NCBI GenBank assembly: GCA_040954595.2
Contig: CM082591.2
Coordinates: forward strand, 6,739,082-6,803,081
Length of the DNA: 64,000 nucleotides
Direction: 5' to 3'
Source of the DNA: Balanoglossus misakiensis
Lineage: Eukaryota > Animalia > Hemichordata
The translations under genes and the position numbers were made by a program. Below are positions 54,401-64,000 of the stretch, one piece after another; the first letter of the stretch is position 1; each line of letters begins with the position of its first letter. Below the pieces are notes generated by a model. It searched no databases. It was given only the letters and a program-made list of their open reading frames with translations, and was not told where the DNA came from.

Positions 54401-57400
54401 TTTTTACTGTAAAACATGTGTTAAATCATTTCTTTTCAATTCTAGAATCATAAATAGTGATTATTCAAATCTGCTATGTGGTTTTACCGATTGATGAAAA
54501 ACATCCTTTAATTTACTATTACATGTACCTAATCTAAGTCCGTGTAATATTATGGTATATTGTGGTATTTGCCGAGTAACAAGGATTAAAGCCATAAGAA
54601 CTGTCACTCTTTGCATTATTTTGAATTCTTGATTGTTCAATTCCAACTAAGAATGGCCCATCTAAATAAGCTTACTGATAGGACATATGAACATCTTATC
54701 GACACGTTGCAATTTGAACTCTCCGTACAGAGAGTACACAACTTTCGTGGTATGCGTCGCCAAGAGAAGACAAACCGATGCAAATATAAGTATCGGCTAA
54801 ATGATGATGATTTTAAAGGTCAGGAAGAAGATTTGAAGTATTTATTGCGAGGAAGAAATATGTGAAATTTGGCAGAGCGCATGGGGGTTTAATGACGAGG
54901 CAGATATAATTGAAAGAGTTATGAAACAACAGGTCAGCGTGGAGCGCTTGAATGCGTCAGAGGCACACACTTGTCGACGTCATATTTACACGTTTCGATA
55001 TGTCCGGTGACGTGACAGCCGATTTCGTGATAATATCGCGCTCTGTGACGTCATGGGTAATTGATACCGCGATGTGTATTCTCCTATTTCTTCGCAGATT
55101 ACACGGCATCACACAATGTGAATGTTACTGACGATTTAAATACAGTGGCTGAACATCTTATGAAACAACGCAGACCTGATGTTAAAGCCCCACTAGCTGC
55201 CAATTTTATCATATTTCTTATTTGATAAATTCTTCAATCTTCTTCTTATTCTTAGTCGATAAATGACACTGTTTTGACTTTGTGGGATTTTAATACACAT
55301 TTGTGCATACCACGATAGTTGTGTACTCATGCATCGGGCAGTTGAATAAATGGGTGTGGCACCCTTTATTTTTAACGTGTTCATGTATATTTAAATGTTC
55401 AGCCACAATCAGAGGTTGATAAAATGTTTGTGTATAACCACCAGTTAGCTCACATAGATGGACCATATAAGTTCGATAGTAAAACCGAGAAAACAATTCA
55501 AAAATTGGCAGCTATTAATTGGCTATTGGGGTTTTAAGGTACAAAGACATTGGTTCCATAACTCAACTGTTCAAGTCAGTGCATTTACAAAGGCAATGAT
55601 TCAGCACGCGAAACTGGTACTTCCACTATGTCTATTTAACTCTTTCACCAAAATGATTTGGTCAAAATACACTGTCGATTAAACAATGGTGATTACGCGG
55701 TTGAAGTGATAGTTTTTCGAACTCAAACTCGTGTACAATGAGGGTGTCGATTAAAGGGACAAAGTCTCTCTCTCGCTACCCTTTTCCCATTAATTATGTT
55801 TGATACAAGACACTGTTTATGTTAATGTACATGTGGATATATAGTGAATAAATGTTCAACCACACAACTTCCATCCCACTTGTATGATATGAGAGTAAAA
55901 ACTCGCCGAAAATGAATAAATGGTAAAGAACGATTATTCATTTTGGCGAGCTTTTTCACTCTCCTGTCTATAAGAGGGATGGAAGTTGTTTGTGGTTGAA
56001 CGTTCATTCACTATATATCCACATGTAGAATAACAAACGTTATCTCTTATCAAATATAATTAATGGAAAAAAGGGCAGCGAGAGAGAGACTTTGTCCCTT
56101 TAAGTCAGGTTTTCACAGAAAGAGCGCTCACTCAAGCGAGGAGAGACAATTACATTTGCTGTAGTTGACCCCAGCCCGTTATGAATTGACTTGACCCTTT
56201 TTAAACGCCCTCAGCATTTAATCTGCAATCACACCTGCGTCGCATCACAAAAGTTACGTCCGGATTTATCTCGGCTGTGTACAAAAATAGACGTGCGGTC
56301 AATTCAAATGCCGTGACCATGGAAACGCGGACGCTAACACACCCTCTTGAGATGACGCGTTGTCGCTCGAATGCGTCAGAACATGACTGTAGGATCTTGA
56401 CTCGGAGATGTTGTGTACAGTCCGAATCTGTGCAGCTTCACTTCTCTACATTGCAAGATTACGACGACAGCCTAAAGGGACAAAGTCTCTCTCTCGCTGC
56501 CCTTTTACCATTAATTATGTTTGATACAAGACACCGTTTATGTTATTCTACATGTGGATATATAGAGAATCAACGTTCAACCACACACCTTCCATGATCC
56601 TGCTTGTAGACATACACAAGTGTGAAAAAAACTTGCCAAAATGAATAATCGGTGTTTACCTTTTATTCATTTTGGCCAGTTTTTACTCTCATATCGTACA
56701 AGCGGGATGGAAGTTGTGTGTGGTTGAACGTTCATTCACTACATATACACATGTACTTTACCATAAACAGTGTCTTGTATGAAACATATTTTTGTCCCTT
56801 TAAGGTAGAATCTATAGTTCTCAAGAATATTTCAGATAAATGACCGTCTTTGAAATCTGAATACACACCGAAATACCACATACTGTTGTCAATTTTAAAT
56901 GTAACCAAAAATGATATTTATAGCGATTTATATTTTTTTCAAAAATTGTACATGAAACCAATGCTTTCCTTTATTCGAATACATCTCAAATGTTAAGTAG
57001 TTGTGAAAAATGCAGTGGACTCAATTGGTCAAATATGCCTGGAATTTGACTAAATAATTACATTTTATATCATGAGTATTTTTACATTTTTTGCTGCCTT
57101 GCTTCAGACAATGTCAATCTTATTTGGCTTTGTTCACTTGTGATACACAATCATTCTAGCACATATGGAAACAACGAGACTCTCTCTCCACTTTGACACG
57201 TTCAATGAGGGGGAATACTTTTATATTCATCAGGTTTTCCCTTTGTGTAGCTCTTTACGAGTGCCTGCTATGTCTGACGTTGTCTTCTGCGCCATTTCCG
57301 TTTACTCGCATGTTAACGCTATCGCTTACCATATTGACTGCGATGTATTAATTTTCAAGTAATAATGTTGTCTGTCTGTGTGTCTGTGTGTCTTTCTTTC

Positions 57401-57487
57401 TTTCTTTCTTTCTGTCCGTCTGACTGTCTGTCTGTCTTTCTTTCTGTCTGTCTCAGTGATTTTCTGTATGTCTGTCTGTCTGCCTGC

Positions 57488-57536
<49 letters not shown>

Positions 57537-58684
57537 GTTCTCTCCTGGGTAGTTCATTTATCCACGGTGATAAGTTGTATATGTAATAGTAAGGGAGTCA
57601 AGCCCTTCAGAACAGCCAAGAATCGGCAAAAGTAAAGGCGGCGCCGAAGTGTACATATGATTTTAATCGGTTTGGGTGGATACCACACATCTATCCAGCC
57701 AGCCAGCCCCACTGCACTACTATTCTAGTTCATTTTTCCGCTTCTAGTTTTATCCCCCGCCAGTCACGTCATTCCACAAGCAGTTGGATCTGATTAGAGC
57801 GGGGACCATGGTCTAATCTCTACATCACGGTGGCTAACGTCACATGCGCTAAAATGGTCCAACATCATTACAGCTATTTTAGTTTCAACATTACGGTAGT
57901 ACGCGTCTGGGGCTAGGGGCAGATTTTCAAAATAATGCTAGTCCTCAAATTCATTTAATCCTGTTACTATATTACAGTGTGTCAGAAATCTTTTTTTTTT
58001 AATTCAAAGAAGAGAACGTGGTGTTCACCGTCTGTTTTCATTAAAAAAATCACTACATTTTTTTCTTCAAAGAGTTAACACAGAGCACGATGGGCCATTT
58101 TGAATTTCAAATTTGAGACCGTGACAGTTTTTTACTAGTAAGAGGGAATAGTCCGAGCAAAACACGACAAAAAGCGTAAGACTCTGATTTTCGAAGTGCC
58201 TAATACTGTATCAGGAAAATAAAAGGGTATAAAGAACCGATTTCATTAGATTGCACTATTGCGCAAAATGTTATATCAGCTGTTTCATACACCAAATCTC
58301 AAGATTAAAGGTAGTTATAAAATAAAATAGGATGATTATGTTGTCTGACACTCAGCTTTTAGCAATTAAGAGGTTTAATATCAAAATTTTAGTGTTCATC
58401 GAAAGTTTACGACTTGCAGGAAGATGGATTACCTGCAGTGCATGAAGTTACTATGTTTGATGATGGAAATCTCTCGAATTCGTGAAGACCTACTTTATTA
58501 TAAGTGAGTGTGCATCAGTTGTTTCCGGGTAGGTAGATCTTCCCCAGCCCCTGTGACCGTTTCTGCATATGTAAGCATATAAACCATTTCGGTCTGCAAT
58601 ATTTATTTATTTATCTATCTACAATATTTATTTATTTATCCATCTACAATATTTATTTATTTATTTATTTATTGATCTTCCTAT

Positions 58685-58775
<91 letters not shown>

Positions 58776-61700
58776 TTTGTTCGTTCGTTCGTTCATCCAT
58801 CCATTCATTCATTCATTCATTCGTTCGTTCATTCATATATGCATTTATTCATTCATTCATCCATCCATTCACACACCCACCCACCCATCCATCCATATGT
58901 TAAATATATGGGCACGAAATTAATTGATCATCAAAACCATATTTGTACAGCATTACGCAAGGCATACGAAGAATCTCTCAATGTGTTCTGGGGCACAAAA
59001 TATGACCTTATTGCCCAAATTAGCGAAGAACGCTGTGATTTGACATTATAAGGAAATTATATTATACAAATGCTGGCTTAATCGTGCAGCCGCTATCAGA
59101 CGAGTCGAATTATGAGGCCCCGTTCATTGGCAACATATGCCGTCTGTATTTCCAAGACGTCTATTTCTGACATTTAATCAAATTTCCCGAAAGCCTTTGT
59201 CATCGTTTAAGTGAAATCAGCCGGAAGGCATTGATGGGAAGAGAGAGAGAGGCTTCCGCGATTCCTCTCCATTTGCAGGTCATTTGCATATTCATTCGAC
59301 GAACGTTCGCGCTAAACTGAAATGTCAAGCACAGACTTATAGTTCACGACACGCAGAGCATGGACTTTTTTGAAACATGCACATTTTATGATCTTCTTAA
59401 GGGTTTGAACGTTTGATACCAAGGCGATAGGATAAAACGCTAGCCTGGTTCGTGTACCTTTAAAATCATGAGGTACTTATCTTACAAAATGATTAGACTA
59501 TTGGAAACGTTACTGAAAATAAATACTATAGTACTAAAGAAATGCCTTTTGAACAAGAATGGTACATGAAGGTGTAACGTCGTCGTAAATCACGACCTCT
59601 TTACGGCAAGTTTATCGTTGTGGTCACAAAACAGGACTAAGCTGTATACAGACAGAATATTATTTTGCTTTACTTAATATATCACAAAAACACCGTACGT
59701 GCGTATTTATAATATACTGTAAAATATGCTAATTAGATGTCACAAGCAGAATGTGCAGTATTATTATCCAGCCTATGTTTTTTTACAGTGAACATTGCCC
59801 AAGAACACTCTTCGGAAAAAATAACTCATGTTATGTAAAAGATAATTATCGTGGCGGTGTTCGTCTCATGGTTCCCCCGAGCGAGTTTTGAGATGTTCTA
59901 TAATTTTACGAAGCCGCATCTTTCTGACCGGAACGAAGCCGTCAATTACACAGGACGATTTTTAATCTTTAACCCTTAATCTCAGATAATTCAAAATGGC
60001 GGCCATCAACCAGCTGTTGCATCCATGACAACACAAACCACATTGCAACGAATTGTGTACAAACACACATTCGTCATGGGTATATACCACGCAACCCGGT
60101 CTGCTCGTTCATTTAACAGGAATTGTATGCATGTCATTCGCTCCGAAAATTTTATGGCAAGGTCGTCAGACAGTGATTATTGCGAAAATAAACGCGCCGT
60201 GCAGCATATCCTGCCCGCTGAGCTGCTGTTTCCGTGTTTTTCGTGTAGAAACAACGTCCTTCGTCACAAATGACACGTCAAAACGATCTCTCCAAACAAT
60301 CACGGAGGTGGCGTGTTGAGAAAACTGTTGTTATACATCGTAGAGAGTGACAACGTGATTATCGAGAAAACATACTGAAATAGCAACATTGACCCTGACC
60401 TATGCGCTCGAGAATACACAATTCTTCGAGATCATCCACTAAACATTTTTAGTGTTACAAACGTTGCTTATGCGTATGACGGAGGTGAACAGATAGGTCA
60501 TTAATTTCATAAAAAATACAAAGAAATAAAATAGGGCAAACATTGTAAATTACATTATAAAAGACAATATTTGCACATTGGTATTAGAATCTCCACAAAT
60601 TCAAAATGGTGTCATCTTTCGACTTTGAATGAGAAGAAGATTAACAATATGTTATCGATTGAAATATGCTAATAGTGGAAGCTATTAGGGTTTTAATTAG
60701 CTGCTCCCATCTTCATCAAGCAGCAATGTCTTTCAATAATTATGTTCATATAATTTTTTTTTTTGGTTAGGTACTTTTAAAAGCTGTCTCTTTTAACAAC
60801 TAACTCATTAGCTTTCTTCAAAGTCATTCTACAAGAAGTCCCGCGGCAACCTGGCTGCCTCTATTGTTGTTATTTTTTTCTTTGTGATGTGCGACAGACG
60901 TAGAATCTATGCTCACTCAATCAGAACATTTTCTTCCTTTGCTGTTTGCAGCCAACCAGAGACGAGATTGCAAGTAGCCGCAGGAAATGGAGACGGAAAA
61001 TACACCGAGTGGCCATCCTATAATTTCCACTGACATGCGCAGAGGGTACTCGTCAAATCCATCATGGCCTGGAGACTCATCTGCATTTGTGTCTCGTGGG
61101 AACGAATTTCATGGCAAGCGACTCAGATTGTCATATAAACTGGGCCAACCGTAAATCTGCAGACGACAAGAAAACTTATAGTCGCCATGCATATATAGGA
61201 GTCGTCATAAACAATTTGTTTCAGAAATCGATATCAGCAATTACTTGTTTGTTTGTTTGTTTGTTTGTTTGTTTGTTTGTTTAGCGTAGAATATCCCAAA
61301 TCAACAGACAAAGTCGCAACGCGTAAACCTCGATGACTATAGTGCAGTTCCTAAAAAGGTTAACAAATTAGAAGACCTTGAAAGAGGCAAACATTGAAAA
61401 CTACACCAAAATATTCCAATGTATGTATGTATGTATGTATGTATGTATGTATGTATGTATGTATGTATGTATGTATGTATGTATGTATGTATGTATGTAT
61501 GTATGTATGTATGTATGTATGTATGTATGTATGTATGTATGTATGTATGTATGTATGTATGTATGCATGCATGCATGCATGTGCATGCATGCATGCATGC
61601 ATGCATGCATGTATGTATGTATGTATGTATGTATGTATGTATGTATGTATGTATGTATGTATGTATGTATGTATGTATGTATGTATGTATGTATGTATGT

Positions 61701-62623
61701 ATGTATGTATGTATGTATGTATGTATGTATGAATGTATGTATGTATGGAATAATAAAAAAGAGGACGCGGCTACATGAAAGATTTCAAGATAGACTACTC
61801 GATATGGTCATCTATAGGCCCAGAACTCGAGAAGCCCTTCGCGAAGATTTGCCAGACGTTTTGTATAAATCCGTCTGTCATAACACATCCATTGTTTGCG
61901 GAGGATTCGGTTGCCATGGAAATATCATGTAATGTGGGCCCGCGCGTTTGATGTCCCCGCGATACGTTTTACAGTGCGTCCGACAAGCGCCATCAATAAG
62001 TAAAATATAGCGCATGTTTTGTCAGTAAGACCTATCAGTAATATTCTGATAGAACACATCAAATTGAAAGTCTGATATCGAATGTGTTAACGAATGTAAC
62101 ACATACTGATGACATGACACATTGAGGTTTCAGAACCTAATTCGGTTATCGGTAAGCGATAACTAGGCCTGAAATTGAGCTGACATTTCGAGTGATTTGA
62201 TTTCCATCGTCATTGGAGACGAAAGGGGCTGGCCGACGAAGCGTCAAGAATGTAGATCAAGCGTCGACCATGAATACATAGACCTGTTCAATCACAAACA
62301 TCCCGTGTGAAACACGCCGATGCGGAACGGTATAGCAAGTGCAACAGGATGTCGCTTCTACGGCTTCAACATGAAGCCGCCTTGCTATGATTTTGCTGCA
62401 CGTAGAAACTGAAGTGTGTCTTGGACTGTCAATGTAGCTACTGGTATATACACGCACGTTTATACTTGTGGCAAACGTTTACATTCTAGCTCTATTTATT
62501 GCAAGCTTTTCTTCATCAAACGCCTTCATGGAAATTCCTTATGAATCTAGTGATGTGCCCTTCTGTTACCTCGTATTCTGATTTAAGATGGATTCTCAAT
62601 AATTAATTCGCCTGCTTGCCAGC

Positions 62624-62657
<34 letters not shown>

Positions 62658-62736
62658 ATGTATGTATGTATGTATGTAGGTATGTATGTATGTATGTAGG
62701 TATGTATGTATGTATGTGCGTGCGTGCGTGCGTGCA

Positions 62737-62767
<31 letters not shown>

Positions 62768-63081
62768 GCCCACAGAGTCATCTTTCCTGTGTCAGTGTTG
62801 ACAAACACCGTTTATAGTCAGATCAGTGAGCGGTATGTATTGCTGTGTGTTGAATTTGCAATTTAAACATGGCATCAATTACTAGACATCGAGGTAAAGA
62901 ATACTGAATTTGACTGAGATACTTATCATGGTCGCTCGTCGTCGATGATATTTTTCAAGAATCCTTGGCTACTTACGGCATCTTTGGAGGTTCCTACTCT
63001 CATATCCAGGGGCAGCAAGTCTTTCGAGTTCTTGTGTGTGAAGCCGACACCTGGCTGGCGGCGTCGTGGCTGTCGTTCCAT
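48457..63081 (-). CDS. NRIP3: Nuclear receptor-interacting protein 2/3-like (Ddi1-type retropepsin-like aspartyl protease domain), 206 aa
   Basis: Six GT-AG exons in continuous frame: 63081-62977 (MERQPRRRQPGVGFTHKNSKDLLPLDMRVGTSKDA), 52940-52794 (QPHALVKKK...PLIVKCQ), 52297-52215 (SRTDTFEALIDTGSRYTIISSKRAEKCG), 51529-51390 (...VKAQIEGAQITLGGCSVHCDLLVT), 49165-49113 (DEDKFDLVIGLDTLRTSK), 48549-48457 (AVIDLDRSLLLIGDHEI...KER*). Matches recalled vertebrate NRIP3 motifs (HKDSADLLPLD, QPHNIL, ALVDTG, LGLQTLRSLK, CIINLD). NRIP2 versus NRIP3 orthology is not resolved. Confidence 0.88.
49744..50010 (+). mobile_element. Probable degenerate TTAA-type MITE fragment (a similar element lies at ~57895-58210)
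   Basis: Begins AGGTAGTATGC and shares GAGTTAAYACAGAG...GGCCATTTTGAA with 58072-58103. Ends are not well defined. Confidence 0.4.
50973..51300 (+). mobile_element. MITE, Kolobok-like (TTAA), family 1 copy 1
   Basis: TIRs CGACGCTCGTCTTATGCGCATG and CATGTGCATAAGACGATCGTCG, followed by CCCT|TTAA. The body matches 52977-53264 in reverse. Confidence 0.7.
52977..53264 (-). mobile_element. MITE, Kolobok-like (TTAA), family 1 copy 2, truncated and inverted
   Basis: ~270 bp reverse-complement match to 50985-51252, ending GCATAACACGATCGCGGGCCT|TTAA. Confidence 0.7.
55755..56099. mobile_element. Fold-back MITE with TTAA target duplication (Kolobok-like), family 2, complete
   Basis: TTAA|AGGGACAAAGTCTCTCTCTCGCT...AGCGAGAGAGAGACTTTGTCCCT|TTAA. 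The two halves are imperfect reverse complements along almost the whole length. Confidence 0.88.
56476..56799. mobile_element. Fold-back MITE, family 2 copy 2
   Basis: CTAA|AGGGACAAAGTCTCTCTCTCGCTGCCC...TTTGTCCCT|TTAA, with an internal deletion in the right TIR. Confidence 0.85.
57369..57537. repeat. (TCTG)n/(TCTT)n microsatellite
   Basis: Directly visible. Confidence 0.92.
58597..58897. repeat. (TTTA)n-(TTCG)n-(TTCA)n-(CCAT)n compound microsatellite
   Basis: Directly visible. Confidence 0.92.
61419..61747. repeat. (TATG)n/(CATG)n microsatellite
   Basis: Directly visible. Confidence 0.97.
62624..62761. repeat. (GTCT)n-(TATG)n-(GCGT)n-(TG)n compound microsatellite
   Basis: Directly visible. 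Confidence 0.95.
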
Positions 63082-63540
63082 GTCGCGCGTGTCTGCTTCT
63101 TCTGTGCGCGCAGTTGGTGCGACTCTACATCAGATGTCAGCGACTCGACCGACTGACTGACTGACTGAATGACTGGCTTCCCCGGGCTTGTTTATGATAA
63201 ATACCGCGGTGATTGTGTGACGATAATCGAATCCCCGAAGATCTGTGTGACAAGAACAAATGAAGGGGGAAATAACAGCAGGAAGAAAGTCTGTCCAATT
63301 ATCGAATACATGCCTCTCTCTTCACTCACAGCGCAGCTCATTTATGACAGCCTAATTATCCTCGCACACTCAAATGCCCCGCTCTATTCCCGGTTCAATT
63401 TCTAAAGTCGCGCTTTATATTCACATTCAATGATAGAAAGTGTGGTGTCTTCAGTTTTATTTCAAGGAGCAGCGCTAACGTTTCTGGTCTAGATTTTGTG
63501 TCAACGCGTGTCTTTCCAGATAATCATCCGAGATTGACCC

Positions 63541-63826
63541 GACAAAGTCTCTCTCTCGCTGCCCCTTTTCTATTAATTATGTTACTGTTTGTGTTATTCT
63601 ACATGTGGATATATAATGTAATCAACGTTCGACAACACACACCTTTCATCCCGCTTGTAGACACGAGAGTGAAAAACTCGCCAACATGAATAATCCGTCT
63701 CTACCATTTATATTTTGGCGAGAGATTTTACTCATACATCCGCATGTAGAATAACATAAACGGTGTCTTGTTTCAACATAATTAATGGAAAAGGGGCAGC
63801 GAGAGAGAGAGAGAGACTTTGTCCCT
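63541..63826. mobile_element. Fold-back MITE, family 2 copy 3, ~460 bp upstream of the NRIP-like start codon
   Basis: GACAAAGTCTCTCTCTCGCTGCCCC...GGGGCAGCGAGAGAGAGAGAGAGACTTTGTCCCT|TTAA. Confidence 0.85.
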
Positions 63827-64000
63827 TTAACCTTGTTGAATATTCAGATCTGTAGACTATAAGAGTTGAACACCATTACCGACGTCGCATTTGGATTGAT
63901 GGCACGATTGGATAAATTGGAAAGAAATGATATTTCGCCGGGTTTGCTTACACGCTGACGTTTGAAATACCGACACCTCATGTAATCATTGCCTGAAAAA

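Noticed and set aside
54611-54900. ORF MAHLNKLTDRTYEHLID... as a possible integrase-like remnant
   Set aside because: No diagnostic motif could be confirmed by eye.
58423-58479. Possible extra minus-strand exon (AG...CAG|GTAAT) in intron 1 of the NRIP-like gene
   Set aside because: The acceptor lacks a pyrimidine tract, the phase 0 reading has a stop, and exons 1 and 2 already join to match the family.

Overview
Intron-rich, AT-rich, microsatellite-laden eukaryotic DNA, probably from an invertebrate animal (inferred from sequence style only). The first 46 kb holds a young, rearranged cluster of secreted proteinase K/aqualysin-type subtilase (MEROPS S8A) genes. Each has a signal peptide, an I9-type propeptide, an intact Asp/His/Ser catalytic domain and two C-terminal PAN/apple domains on symmetric phase 1-1 exons. 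Order: copy A (minus strand, partial, runs off the left edge), B (+), C (+, tandem duplicate of B in a ~13 kb unit), D (minus, more diverged) and a 3' remnant E (+) that lacks both PAN exons. Amino-acid differences between B and C cluster next to the catalytic Ser. From 48.4 to 63.1 kb lies a 6-exon minus-strand NRIP2/NRIP3-like gene (Ddi1-type aspartyl protease fold, DTG motif intact) that the ORF track almost entirely misses. Also present: a THAP-bearing TIR transposon with a TAA target duplication whose empty site is visible in paralog A, a Penelope-like GIY-YIG fragment, several TTAA- and TWA-type MITEs, and very long (CATA)n/(CA)n tracts. All gene models were assembled by eye from splice signals and frame continuity; family assignments are from recalled motifs, not database searches.
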